Part shown: positions 1 to 12,408 of the stretch, in pieces | How the letters are laid out: each line of letters starts with the position of its first letter | Position numbering within the stretch: position 1 is the stretch's first letter | Assembly: GCF_036588685.1 (NCBI RefSeq) | Contig: NC_086375.1 | Location: forward strand, 88,970,001 to 89,034,000 | Direction of reading: 5' to 3' | Origin: Mytilus trossulus | Lineage: Eukaryota | Length of the DNA stretch: 64,000 nt | Program-made: the position numbers and the translations under genes | The notes under the pieces: generated by a model | Told to the model about the DNA's origin: nothing | The model's database searches: none | Seen by the model: only the letters and a program-made list of their open reading frames with translations

Positions 1-2
1 GT

Positions 3-3000
3 ATTAAGTACATCCTGTTTCATAGCAGCTCTTGATGGTTCTATAGTTGTATTATCTATTTTCTCCATATATGCAGAATGATCCAGAATTATGCCTTTTT
101 TGTCCTGATGAATTTGAAATCCTACATATGAAAATGTTTTCTCTTCAATTTTTCCAGCAACAAATCTTGTCCGCAGTTTTCTCATAACTTCCTCAAAATT
201 TTCATCCCCAGAATGAAGAAAGTCATCTACATGACAACAAATTATTCCACTTAAACGTTGGTCAGTATGTTTGACAAACACTGCCGGGTTCAGATTACAT
301 TGTTTACATCCCAAACTTAGAAGCTCTTCCCTTACACTGAAATAGAATTGTCTAGCTCCATCTTTAAGTCCATACAAACAGTGCTTTAATCTCCATATTT
401 TTCCTTTCTCAGAATTGCTTTCTTTTGGGGGCTTCAGAAAAACATCTCTATCTAATAACTTCCCTTGAAGAAAAGCTGACTTTATATCCGTTGTTTTAAC
501 GATCCAATTCATGCTAGCAGTAATTGAAAGGAATATTTTAATCATTCCTTTTCCTACTGTTGGACTGTCTCTTTGCATAGAAAATTCTTCTTCAAAACCT
601 CGCACAACAAGTCTTGCTTTTGTTTGATTATCTTTCGTTGTAATAACCCATCTTGTAGAAAGAACATTCTGACCTATGTCATCACATTCTTCATAAGTGT
701 CAAAATTATGGAGTTTTGAAAGTTCTGTTTGTTTAGCAATTTCCTCATCATTTAAAAAGGAACTCTTTGTCATATTTACACCAATTTCATTCTCATCACT
801 GTCACCTGTGACCTTTTCCCACTCAACTTTATCTAAATCTACACTTTTCTTATCTTCATCAACATCATCTTGAACATTATACCAATGTTTATTTTTCCCA
901 GTTGTTTTTCCTGCTTTACTTAGTACAGTAGCTTTAGTCCATGTGTTCGAATTAGGCAGTTTGTACTGAATTTTGTCATTTTCTTTTAGATTAGGGATTA
1001 TTTTAGCCTGAATGTTCTCCATCTGAGGAATTGTTTCTTTTGATGTTGATAATAACTCAGAAAAACAATTCTTCTTTTCTTTACGGGAAACTTCATTATT
1101 TTTATTGGTATATCTAGTTTCATGAATGTTTGTTTCATTTGTATCAGGTGTTTCAATATTGTCATATTGTTCTCGAAAATTAATATCTTTAGTTTTAGTT
1201 AATCTGTTTGGTGAAACCCTCACAAATACTCCTCCATGTCGAACAAAAATTACTTTTCCATCCTGGAAAACTACTTTTCCCGGTCCTAGCCAGCGATCTT
1301 TTCCCTCTCGCTTATAAAAAACGCTGTCACCGTGATTAAATATCTGCTCTGATGCTCTTATTTTGCCACGTAGTGCTCGTCTAATGCGTTCATCAGATTC
1401 TGATTGAATGTAAGCTTTTCGAGAATCATGTAAAATATTCAAATGTTTTGCAAATTCTTCACTTGAAGTTCTTCCTTCTAAAGCGGGCAAAGTGTCTTTC
1501 AAAATGTTTGGAAGGTTAGGATTAAGTCCAAAAACAAGTTGATGACTACTGAAACCATTCCACATCTGTAAAGAATTTCTTGCCATATTTGCCCAACAAA
1601 GAAGGCTCTGATTATTCACCTGTCTATAATCTGCTTCTAGCTTCATAAGCATAGTATCAGTAATTGCATGGACTCTCTCACATAGTCCGTTTTGGAAAGG
1701 ACTTTCACCAGCTGTGGTATAAACTTTAACATTTAGTATTGATGCAACCTCTCTCATTTCATCTGAGCTGAACTCACCGCCATTATCTGTTAATATAGTT
1801 CCCATAACACCAAATATTCCGATCCAATTAGTCATCATTTTCTCAATAACACCTGTTGTCTTTTTCCTATCAATAAAAACAGATACAGTGTACCGTGACC
1901 ACATGTCGATCATGTGCAAAATCCACCGTCCATTCCATTGTTTTAGGTCCATTGCCACTTTTTCATTAAATTGAGATGCCATAGGTAGGGACACTACTGG
2001 TCTTGGTGGGGTTTTTGCATATCGCTTACAAATTTCACATTGTTCCTCTATAGTCAACAATTCTTGTTCATATTCCTCTTTCCATACCCCAGCATCTTTC
2101 AAAAGGGCAATTAAACGCTTCATTGGTGGATGTGCAAATTGTCTGTGCAACTTCAGTAAGGTTGCATATCTCTTTTTCGAGTCTAACTCTTCAAGTCTCA
2201 CAGCACATACATCTGCGACTGGAATTTCTTCAGTTTTATCTATTGGAATGCAGTAGTGGCCTGATGAAGTTAAATTCAATGATATATGTTGACCAAATAT
2301 CTCTGCAGTATCATTTTCCAGGTCCATTTTCACACCTGCCTTTTTCATTGCTGTTCGAGACAATAAAAGTGGTATGTCCGAATCTACAACATCAGTTTTT
2401 ATTGTGACATCTTTACCTGCGATAACTGCTGGCAGACTATACTCTCCAATTGATTTTAACCGTGTTCCACCTCCAAATTTAAATACCTTGTTGCCATCCT
2501 CCTTAAAAATCTTCGCTTTATCTGTTTCATTTAAAGAGTCAACATAACTTCTCATCCATAATTGTCCACAAACAGTGCTACTACATGCACTATCAAGAAC
2601 AGCACAGTTTCGTGCATCTATCCCAAGACGAGTGATATCCTCACGCACATTCCCTGTAAACATGACTACTTCTTCTTCCTCTGTTATATTTACTCTCTCC
2701 TGCATATTCTCCCAGCTATGTGGACAGTTTGCCATCATATGTCGAAAAGATCCACAAGAACTACATGTCAATAATGTGCCGTCTGAACCTTTTGGATTTA
2801 TACTCTTCTTTACTGTAGAGCTGCCTCCTTTTGTCCAATTTGTTTGTCCACCCCGTTGACTTTTATTAAATCCTCTATAAAAATTGCCTCTACCTCTTGA
2901 AAAGTCCCCCTTACCATTATATTGAAATGGTTTTTGTCTATTTCTAGAATACCCTGCTGCCATGAGGGCTTCTTCATTCTCAGCCAAAAAAGCAGGTTCA

Positions 3001-3587
3001 AGTTTAATGCTACTTATTGAGGCAGAAATTTTGTCCGAATCACACATTTCACCCTTAAATTTCTTAAGAGATCTCTTTGCTTCATCATACAATGTTGGTT
3101 TGTTTTCATAATTCATGCCTGTAAGGACTAACATTTTTTCTTCTTTTGTAATTTTCGCTCTTCTCAGTAATTTAAATGCCAATATTTCAGAGGGCAACTT
3201 CATGTTTTTCTTTTCGATTTTTCGATATTTAGCATCAAATGTTTCTACATAATCTTGAATTGATTGATTAGGACCCCTTTGAAAATCTTCAAAATCTTCG
3301 AATTTTGCAAGACTGTCAGCTAAATCATCTTTTGCAAGATGCTTGTCCATAAAAGTAATTAGTGTGGTCAAACCTGTGTCTTCCTTTAAATCATCTAAAC
3401 TTATCTGATCAAACACTTTTTCTCTTATTTTTGATTCATCATCTTCAGGTAGGGATAAGGCAATTACAACACCCTGTTTTTTCTTATCTAAATCAGTTAT
3501 TTCTTTCCAGGCCAAAAGTTCTTGCTTGTAAAGTTCGTATGATTTCAGTTTTGCATTGTAATTGGGGGGGTTTATTTTTGTTGACAT
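3..3587 (-). CDS. copia gag-pol polyprotein (partial, runs off window; ~1195 codons visible)
   Basis: ATG at 3587 (MSTKINPPNY...); zinc knuckle CSSCGSFRHMMANC (~2720-2768); protease AVLDSACSSTVCG (~2565-2603); integrase HRQFAH...CEIC, VAMDLK, TDNGGEF, ESPFQNGLCER; RT KARLVVRGFEE, YGLKDGARQFY, HVDDF (~219-233). ATG and HVDD share one frame; the ORF track lists no stop-terminated ORF in this frame, consistent with no internal stop. Confidence 0.92.
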   Translation of the reverse strand, partial: MSTKINPPNYNAKLKSYELYKQELLAWKEITDLDKKKQGVVIALSLPEDDESKIREKVFDQISLDDLKEDTGLTTLITFMDKHLAKDDLADSLAKFEDFEDFQRGPNQSIQDYVETFDAKYRKIEKKNMKLPSEILAFKLLRRAKITKEEKMLVLTGMNYENKPTLYDEAKRSLKKFKGEMCDSDKISASISSIKLEPAFLAENEEALMAAGYSRNRQKPFQYNGKGDFSRGRGNFYRGFNKSQRGGQTNWTKGGSSTVKKSINPKGSDGTLLTCSSCGSFRHMMANCPHSWENMQERVNITEEEEVVMFTGNVREDITRLGIDARNCAVLDSACSSTVCGQLWMRSYVDSLNETDKAKIFKEDGNKVFKFGGGTRLKSIGEYSLPAVIAGKDVTIKTDVVDSDIPLLLSRTAMKKAGVKMDLENDTAEIFGQHISLNLTSSGHYCIPIDKTEEIPVADVCAVRLEELDSKKRYATLLKLHRQFAHPPMKRLIALLKDAGVWKEEYEQELLTIEEQCEICKRYAKTPPRPVVSLPMASQFNEKVAMDLKQWNGRWILHMIDMWSRYTVSVFIDRKKTTGVIEKMMTNWIGIFGVMGTILTDNGGEFSSDEMREVASILNVKVYTTAGESPFQNGLCERVHAITDTMLMKLEADYRQVNNQSLLCWANMARNSLQMWNGFSSHQLVFGLNPNLPNILKDTLPALEGRTSSEEFAKHLNILHDSRKAYIQSESDERIRRALRGKIRASEQIFNHGDSVFYKREGKDRWLGPGKVVFQDGKVIFVRHGGVFVRVSPNRLTKTKDINFREQYDNIETPDTNETNIHETRYTNKNNEVSRKEKKNCFSELLSTSKETIPQMENIQAKIIPNLKENDKIQYKLPNSNTWTKATVLSKAGKTTGKNKHWYNVQDDVDEDKKSVDLDKVEWEKVTGDSDENEIGVNMTKSSFLNDEEIAKQTELSKLHNFDTYEECDDIGQNVLSTRWVITTKDNQTKARLVVRGFEEEFSMQRDSPTVGKGMIKIFLSITASMNWIVKTTDIKSAFLQGKLLDRDVFLKPPKESNSEKGKIWRLKHCLYGLKDGARQFYFSVREELLSLGCKQCNLNPAVFVKHTDQRLSGIICCHVDDFLHSGDENFEEVMRKLRTRFVAGKIEEKTFSYVGFQIHQDKKGIILDHSAYMEKIDNTTIEPSRAAMKQDVLN

Positions 3588-3656
3588 TTTGTCCACCTTT
3601 GAATTTTCTCTCCACTTTAAACTCTTTTATTATACACTCTGATGTCTTTTCTTTTC

Positions 3657-3674
3657 AACCACGCTCTGTTACCA
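3657..3674 (-). promoter_or_regulatory. primer-binding site complementary to the 3' end of initiator tRNA-Met
   Basis: Minus strand TGGTAACAGAGCGTGGTT 2 nt after the LTR end; plus strand AACCACGCTCTGTTACCA resembles the tRNA-iMet 3' end (...CUCUGCUACCA). Confidence 0.88.
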
Positions 3675-3676
3675 TT

Positions 3677-3850
3677 TGTTAATGCACTCAGAAGGACATC
3701 AATAAGTTTTAATACTTTAATAATTATTAGCACATGTTACACAATTCACCATTGACAGGAAGAGGATAACTTCAACAGGAAACCAGTTAGTGTTCAAACA
3801 TAATATTGAGTTATCTCTCTTTATATAGTCCAAATGACATTAGATTAACA
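3677..3850 (-). repeat. 5' LTR of the copia element (174 bp)
   Basis: Bounded by inverted TGTTAA/TTAACA, abuts the PBS, TATA-like TATATAAAG on the minus strand near 3819-3827. The 3' LTR is outside the window, so the outer boundary is inferred. Confidence 0.8.
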
Positions 3851-4337
3851 CTCTGGCTTCTTCCACCAATAAAAACTGACTGCCACGAAATAGCCTAAAT
3901 GCGATGCTTAAAATTGGCGTTTAAACACCAAAAATCAAATCAAATTAATTACGTCGAGTAAAGTGGGGAAACCTACATGTAGACAGACATACACATGTAC
4001 CTTCAATGTATATGATGACTTGGAGTACCTAGGCAGTCAGACTTAAAATCAGTTGAAAGAATTGGTATGATTACCAATGAGACAACAACAAATACATGTA
4101 TGTATTGGAACCAAATTTAGGCAAAGTGTGAACATCTAAAGGTCACTATACACCTTTCAACATGTAAAAAGGCCAGACATAACATAATGTAAAACAATTC
4201 AAAGGAGAAAAGCAATGGCCTGATTAATTTATGCTAAAGATATAACCAGGCCTGGGGCCATTACATTGCGATGTAATGCATTACATTACAATTACTTTGT
4301 AGACAATATATATATGCTTATTTACAATTATTTACAG

Positions 4338-6956
4338 GTACATGTTTGCTATTGGAGGTCAGGATGGGACTGAAATACTTAGCAGTGTTGAACGATATGA
4401 CCCCCACTCCAATGCCTGGATGTTGGTGGCCCCTCTACCAAAGGCCCTTAGATTTATGACAGCTTTGAGTTACAGGGGAAGGTTGTATGTTTTTGGAGGA
4501 GAGGCATCCACAGATGTCAGTAACTCAGTGTATAGGTAAGGACTAGGTTTTATCAACGATCAAATTACCATGGTTACAGAAAACCATCCACAGTTGTTAG
4601 AAACTTGGTGTTTATGAATTTGTAAGGCCTATGTTCTTTGGTTACAGAAAGCCACAAGATGAGAACTCTAAGTCTAAGTATGAGAGAAATTTATATATAT
4701 CAATAACTGATTACTAACCTGTAATTCATACTCTTTTTTCTGTGGTCGGGTTGTTGCCTCTTTCATACATTCCCCATTTCAATTCTCAATTTTATATTAT
4801 ACATGATGCAACTACAGAGATTATTTTAAAGTTTTCTGATCAGTGAAATTTAGATATAAAAGTTTTATCTACACACCCTGAAAAGGACAGACATATGGTA
4901 ATTTTAATGCAAAAATGTTATGAGTTATAAATGTTTTAGCTTATAGGAGCCTTTAGTTTTCTCCCTTCATATATTTGTTATCTGATGTTATATTTTGTGT
5001 ATATTTTAGGTATGATCCAACAGAAGATACGTGGACAGAGTTACCTCCCATGAATATAGCCCGAGTTTTAGCCGGAAGTGTTGTGTATAAAGACAAGATC
5101 TATGTTATAGGTAATATATATGACAGTGAAACATTTAGCAAACAATTTTTTTACTAATCCAGTTTTATTGCTAAAATGTATACTCAATTGGCTTAAACTC
5201 ATCATAGATACCAAGATTAAAATTGTGTACACCAGACACAAATTTTGTCTAAAAATAATTAAATTTGACTCAATTTTTGTAGAAATTCAAATATAAGACT
5301 GTCCCATATTACTTTGTAATTTTTGGAACAATAGATTTTAAGATTATATTATAAAGATCATGTATATGTATGTTTAGAAAAGATAAAAAATCCTTTGCAC
5401 AATGATCATAACTTATGAAAGAGAGACGAAAGATACCAAAGGGATATTCCAACTCATAAGTTGAAAACAAACTGTCAATGCCATCGGAAGAAAAGAAAAA
5501 TCACAAACAATAGTACACAACATAGAATCATGGAAATTAAATGCCATATGTATACACTGCACATGTACTTGATTATACTGATGAGCCGTAAGGCTCAAAG
5601 TTAATAAAGAATCTATTAATGAAAGTGCACACATTTATTAATGAATTAACAAGAATTTTGCTGTATTTTATCAGACAATCAACATGTATAGATTATATCA
5701 ACTCAAGATATTTTTACTGGATTATAAAACAGCTCTGTTCACTCAGTGCAAGTTTTCAAAGAAGGTTTTTTTTATGCATTTTTTTTTTTAAATATTCCTA
5801 GTTTAATTTGTATCGGAAAGGTTAGAATAAAATTTTAGATTATATATATAAAGCCTTAACTAGCTTATCTTTTTTTTTTATTAATTAGGTGGAAATTCAG
5901 CATTAAGTGAGAAATGGAAGAGAGAGTTTTTACCAGAACACTGTGTTAGCTCTGTAGAGATATTTGATCCAGAGAGTCAGACATGGAGCCCAGGACCAGA
6001 ACTTCCAAATGCTTTATGTGGAGCTGGTAAATTAGTTTCTGAACATTTAATAGAAAAACATGTACTTCAATCTCTTTGGGGTCTATTTGGAAAGATATAA
6101 GAAATGTAGAAATATTAGATAAAAGGGTAGTTTAGTTGTTGACACAAAATTGAACATCAAGTGAAAAATTTATATCTAATTTCTTTGTATACTAAACAAA
6201 AGTTTCAACAAGAATGACAAAACATCAAACAAATTGTCTTGTAAAAGAAGGTACAAACACTCTTCATTTTGATGAATACACTGATTTATATTTTTAAAGT
6301 TATTTAAAGTTATTCTCTAATATCTTTATTATTTTTCACACATGAGGGGCCTTTTGTAAAAAGATTCTGTACAACTCTTGATTTTAACAGGCGAAATTGT
6401 AATGGCTATTTAACATTAAACTTAAATTGTAAGGGTTATCTGCCCCTAGACTACATTTTATTTTTATGTTCTTTTATATGGAAAAATAATAATTTATTTT
6501 TATGATAATTAACATTTGATTCAGTTTACTTTATTACATAATTTATGTTTACTTATGAAGATAAACATTTATTCAAACTTTAGAATTATTTTGGTACATA
6601 CATACCCTCCCCCCACCAAAAAGAAATTGGGTTTAGGATTATTTGACCTTAACCATAATATGTTACCTAAATCACAATGTTTGATTTTGATATTGTTGTT
6701 ACCAATCTATATATACATTAACACTATTAAATAAATACCCAACAACTTATCTTTTGTTTAAGGAATTGTGAAATATGGAAACACCATATTGATTGTCGGT
6801 GGAGAAGATGATAAAAGTTGGATGGCAGGACTTTGTTGGTTAAAAGAAGAGAAAGGGCGACAGACTTGGGCTGAAGGACAAGAATTACCTACAGTCATGA
6901 GTACATTTGGTTGTGTTGTAGCTAACATACATCATGAAGCACCAAAGAATCAGTGA
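4338..6956 (+). CDS. kelch-repeat (KLHL-like) protein, last four coding exons
   Basis: Exons 4338-4535, 5010-5110, 5889-6026, 6763-6956, all AG/GT bounded with matching phases; kelch motifs YMFAIGG..SSVERYDPHSNAW, LYVFGG..YRYDPTEDTWTELPPM, IYVIGG..SVEIFDPESQTWSPGPELP, ILIVGG..WAEGQELP; stop TGA at 6954-6956. Upstream exons lie outside the window. Confidence 0.93.
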
Positions 6957-7361
6957 TCTTGTTGACTTCTATAGGTCTTCTTCTATAGGTCTTGTTAACT
7001 TTTATAGGTCTTTTTGAAGATGAACAGAAGATTTCTCTGACAGCCTTTTTAGGATTTATTTTATTTTTCGACCTTATAGTGTAGTCCATATAGAAATCAT
7101 GATGACAATATTTGACCCAGATGTATGAAACCAAGTTTCTATCTTGAAATGGTAAAATATCCAATTTCATGTAACTAATTTATGCATTAAGCAATTTCTT
7201 ATTAATTTGTATCTTTTATACACGTACACCCCACCAAGTCTGGTTGGCAATAAACATGTTTTCAATAAGGACTGCACTCTGGTGTTCCACAGCCCAACAA
7301 CTCTTTAAAAAGACTGTCAGGAGGCAAAGCAAATCAGAAATCAGATTAGTTGTAGATTTAT

Positions 7362-7630
7362 AGATTATCGTTGATTATCTCAACAGATTGATTTTCTCAC
7401 TTGAGCTGGTACAGCGAAAGTGAGAAAAGCAATCGAGTTGAGATGACCAATGATAATCTGTTTATCGCTATTTTACCTATGATGATGTTGTCAATTTCAA
7501 TGTCAATTTCGTTAGCAACGCCACGTGGCCTCCTTAGTTTCTAGCGATAATTTTTCTATCTCAAGCGAGAAGCATGATATGAAAATTATCACAAATAAGA
7601 TCAAAGGAAAAATGCACAAAATAGCGACAA
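7362..7630. mobile_element. non-autonomous hairpin element (long palindrome plus short inverted repeats)
   Basis: Imperfect inverted repeat 7362-7459 (AGATTATCGTTGATTATCTCAAC...GTTGAGATGACCAATGATAATCT) followed by TTATCGCTATTTT (~7462) and AAAATAGCGACAA (7618-7630). Confidence 0.55.
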
Positions 7631-9304
7631 TATAAACATCATGATGTTTTAAATGATCATTACTGCCATATTTAAACTGTTGTTTTAGAAGCTACAAAAA
7701 ATTTGAGTATTTTAGGAGTTTCCCAGTTTATTTTTGTGAGATGTCAAATTTTAATTGATTTTCATTCAGTTTGTTAAAGTATTTATTACCATGAGCACTC
7801 ATTTTAAAGCTGCTCCTGTTTTTGACTTTTTTGGAAATATTTTGGATTCATTTGATTTATCTATGTAGTGCCATTAAATATTTTACCATCTAACTCCTAC
7901 TTTTCTTATCATAATTTAAATAGATATAGTTTAAAAAGCTTTTTTTATGTTATAAAATTCTCGTTATTTTTCATAGTTTTTGAAAGAAAATGGTACAAAT
8001 GTTTAGTGTATAAAAATCAAGAGTGATTCATTTCGAGACAAATTTTCAATGGCTTTCATCTCAAAGACAAGGATTTTTTTTGCCTTCTTAAGTTCTGTTA
8101 TTTATATACTATCAATTTATATAGCTTGATATTTTGAAACAGAGTAGCATACATCCTTAATTAACATATGTTTGGAAACTTATTCTACTCTTCCTTTTTT
8201 ACATAATAATGTCTTGTGATTGTAAATCCTGTAAGTTGTTTATTTAATTAAATTTTATATTGATGAAAGGAAGCTTTGAAAAAGATATGAAAATATATGA
8301 TGTTTAAATATGTGGACAGAGAGAAAAGCTACAATACAGTTATATTATCAGGGAAGATGGGATATGGTATGTCATATCTTAAAAATGTTTTGAAAGAGTC
8401 TAGTTTAGTAATAAAAAAACATATTTTTAAAGTTAATTCTTCTCATGTGCCCTATGAACACTAAAATAATGTTTGCTAAAAATAGTAAATTCTTTTTTTA
8501 GAATCACCCATAGAAGCAATGATACAGTTTTATTAATAGAGCATATATTGTGTTATAGAGATAGAAATGTGCAACGTTGTTTGAATGTGTTTTAAATTTG
8601 TTGATATACAGAAAGTATTGGTAATTAAAAGAAACAAATGGTCTAATTACTGCAATCACTGCATTAGTTTTTAATAAGTATTTTTTCAATAGTATTCTGA
8701 AATCTGTTTATATTGACATTTTCATACTGTTTGTATATCTATTTTACCTGCATTTATGGTGACCACAATTGTGTAGGTTCACCTTATTATGGTGAAGTCA
8801 TTTTTATATTGTTATTTGAAAGCATTTTGTTTACAACTGTATGTATGAGCTGCTATCAAAATGAACACTGTGATTTAAATTATAGATTGTTTTTGTATAG
8901 AAATTAAAAGTATTAAATGCAATTTAGCAAAGCAAAAAAATTCTTTTAATTTATTGTTAGCTTTAGATGGTTTCACTATTTTGCCTCTAGTGCAGCAGCA
9001 TTGATTTGATTTCTTGTCTAACAAAAGTCTTAAACATTAGTATTTCCTTCATTATGTAATAGAATGGATTGCTAGACTATTTGACCTTATGTAAACATCC
9101 TGCTCAGCATATCTGTATTGTACAAAGCATGAGGTTACTATTCATTTAACATGGTCCTGCCCTTAAATATTGAAGGTTTGCTTACTACACTGAGAATTTA
9201 TATAACAAAAATGTGGAACTGCAAAGAAAATTCAAAACGGAAAGTCCTTTATCAATTGGCAAATTCACAAAACTCTAAAAACATGAAACGAATGGACAAC
9301 AATT

Positions 9305-10320
9305 TTTATACATCCGCAAAATTGCTATCACGTTGGCGTCGTCGTCTGTGTCGTCGTCGTCGGCGGCGTCTGAATACTTTTAGTTTTCGCACTCTAACTT
9401 TAGTAAAAGTGAATAGAAATCTATGAAATTTTAACACAAGGTTTATGACCACAAAAGAAAGGTTGGTATTGATTTTGGGAGTTTTGGTCCCAACATTTTA
9501 GGAATTAGGGGCCAAAAAGGGCCCAAATAAGCATTTTCTTGGTTTTCGCACTATAACTGTAGTTTAAGTAAATAGAAATCTATGAAATTTTGACACAAGG
9601 TTTATGACAACAAAAGAAAGGTTGGGATTGATTTTGAGAATTTTGGTTTCAATATTTTCGGAATTAGGGGCCAAAAAAGGGCCCAAATAAGCATTATTCT
9701 TGGTTTTCGCACAATAACTTTAGTTTAAGTTAATAGAAATCAATGAAATTTAAACACAATGTTTATGACCACAAAAGGAAGGTTGGTATTGATTTTGGGA
9801 GTTAAGGTCCTAACAGTTTAGGAATTAGGGGCCAAAAAGGGACCCAAAAAAGCATTTTTCTTGGTTTTCGCACTTTTGGTCCCGTTTTCAAATTGGTCTA
9901 CATTAAGGTCCAAAAGGTCCAAAATTAAACTTAGTTTGATTTTGACAAAAAATGAATCGGTTGGGTTCTTTGATATGCTGAATCTAAAAATGTACTTAGA
10001 TTCTTGATTATTGGCCCAGTTTTCAAGTTGGTCCAAATTGGGGTCCAAAATTAAACTTTGTTTGATTTCATCAAAAATTGAATAAATGGGGTTCTTTGAT
10101 ATGCCAAATCTAACTGTGTATGTAGATTCTTCATTTTTGGTCTTGTTTTCAAATTGGTCTACATTAAAGTCCAAAGGGTCCAAAATTAAACTTAGTTTGA
10201 TTTTAAAAAAAAAAATTTAGAGCTGAATCCAGCTTGAATGTTGTGTCCATACTTGCCCCAACCGTTCAGGGTTCAACCTCTGCGGTCGTATAAAGCTACG
10301 CCCTGCGGAGCATCTGGTTA
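9305..10320 (+). mobile_element. Helentron-associated interspersed element (HINE/DINE-like) with internal ~150-bp tandem array
   Basis: 5' subterminal TTTATACATCCGCA with inverted partner TGCGGTCGTATAAA near 10281-10294; (CGT)n microsatellite 9337-9370; three ~150-bp subrepeats 9380-9870 and a second subrepeat type 9875-10200; short GC-rich 3' end; interrupts a SINE-like repeat. Confidence 0.72.
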
Positions 10321-10829
10321 TAATCCTGAATTGGTTCCCACGTTGACTTAATTGAAAACAAAAATATTTAAAAGAAATTTATGACTGAATACAAAACAAT
10401 CTGTAAACAGCACCAATGATAGCATTTCCTGAGATAAGCACAGTAACACTCCATTGTCAATATAGTTGATCACAAAATTTACATTTAAAACTGTATGTAA
10501 TTAGAATAGACATTAATTCTTTAAACATTAATTTAAACCTTTTCTACACAATATGGCAACTATCTGCAAAGAAAAGGTTAATGATTATACAGATATTTTT
10601 AAGAGGCAACAGGAATTTAGCGATGGTCAAAGCTGGATAATCCATTTAGTATATTCCAACCAAGAGAATAAAAACAACCATAATGGAATCAGATGTATCC
10701 CAACACAAGTCCTTCCACTAACTCATAGAATTTCCTGATGTAGTATTTGTTTTTCCTTTGTTATGTGGTTTTAGCCATTCTTCTTCATAATCCTGCTAGA
10801 TTAATGTAAGGAGAATGCTACTTTTGAAT

Positions 10830-11436
10830 TATATCCCTGCTTTGAAAAAGGGGGCATACTGTTTTACCTTTGTCTGTCCGTCTGTCCCATGAATATTTTC
10901 GTCGCATTTTTTTCAGTAACTGCAATGCCAGGATTTCCGAAATTTGGTTTCATGGTTTATTTAAGTCAGTTTTACCATGTGATGCGTTTTCAGATTCATC
11001 ACAAGACAACTTCATGTTTAACAGACATTTGAATCATGTTACACATGATGGCCAAGTTGAAAATTTTCGTCGATTTTTCTATGGAACTAAAATACCAGGA
11101 TTTCTAGAATTTGGTTTCAGGGTTTATATATTAAAGTCAGCTTTACCGTGTGATGCGTTTTCAGATTCATCACAAGACAACTTCCTGTTTACCGAACATT
11201 TGAATCATGTTACACATGATGGCCAACATTTTCGTCGCATTTTTCTCAGGAACTATAATACCAGGATTTCTGAAATTTGGTTTTGGGGTTTATATAAGTC
11301 ATTTATGTCGTGTGATGCGTTTTCAGATTCATCACTCAACATCCTCCTGTTTACCAAACATATTTTTTTACTATTAACATTATCCACTTACGGTGGGGGT
11401 ATCATCAGTGGGAAGAAGGCCACAGTTACACTTGTT
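10830..11436 (+). mobile_element. HINE-like element with ~180-bp internal tandem repeats
   Basis: 5' CCCTGCTTTGAAAAAGGGGG hairpin, GTCT/GTCC microsatellite, ~2.5 copies of a ~180-bp unit (GTGATGCGTTTTCAGATTCATCAC at ~10979, ~11150, ~11312), 3' end ...CACTTGTT. Confidence 0.68.
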
Positions 11437-12408
11437 CTTCATATTATGTGGACAAACCAGCCCATAACGTATCAATTAAGATTGGAAATGCCATATGAAA
11501 GGATGGGTGATATGCTCATACTGAGAGAACGGAAGACGAACTCTCCATGCTTGTTCTAGTTGTCAGTTTGAATTATTGAATTGAGTCAGTTTCAGAACAG
11601 AGATCTAGGTATATCACATTACTCAATGTCGATAATATTCTTCATATCAAGCTCACAGAGATATACGATATGCAAGCTGAAATGTGAGGTTTTGAGTTAC
11701 ATGATATCTACTTTATATGTGAATATGAAACTAATGAACTGGTCGAGATGTATTTAACTTAATTTTGTATATAAAATATATTTAAAATAGTGATTAAAAA
11801 AAGCGATGTATTAACTGGAAATAAAAATAAACAGATAAACATTAGATAAGATAAACAATAGTTTTTGACAGTCTGTCATTGAAGTATTTTATGTCAAATA
11901 TTACGTAAAAATTATGATAACAGATTTTTGATGTCTGTTCAAAATGAAATAAATTTTATCCATATGTTTTTTTAAAATAAGACATTTAATGTCCATTGAC
12001 CTTTTGAGTGAAAGGGCTTTGCCAATTCTAAAGCAAATCAAATAGATATTAGAAGATGAGGTATGAGACAACTCTACACCCAAGTCATAATTTAACAAAG
12101 TAAATCATAATAGCTCAACGTACGGTCTTCAACACGGAGCCTTTGCTCACAACGAACAGAAAGCAAGCAAATAATTATCATGATGTTTCCTGCAACACTA
12201 TACAACTAGATAGAAATTACGCAGTGTTCGTGGTAAATGTATCTTTAAGATTAGATAACAAGTGACATACATACATCAGTAGATTAAATAAATATCATAC
12301 TATATCTTATTTACATAAATAAAAGTAAATCTGAATTATCAATATTTTTGTTTTGATGTACTCAATAGTGTAGTCCGACAGCAGCTGATGACTTAAGTCG
12401 TTTGGGCG

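Larger units (their letters stand above)
1..3850 (-). mobile_element. Ty1/copia LTR retrotransposon, GalEa-like clade (5' LTR, PBS, gag-pol; 3' part outside window)
   Basis: Domain order gag-PR-IN-RT (copia order), RT motif HVDD, Met-tRNA PBS TGGTAACAGAGC, short LTR TGTTAA...TTAACA; this combination is characteristic of GalEa elements. Confidence 0.92.

Noticed and set aside
1126-3682. Plus-strand and alternative-frame ORFs over the copia element
   Set aside because: Shadows of the long minus-strand gag-pol frame.
10870-11559. 229-aa ORF, the longest in the track
   Set aside because: Lies within a HINE-like element, starts at TTG, and its internal repetition mirrors the DNA subrepeats.
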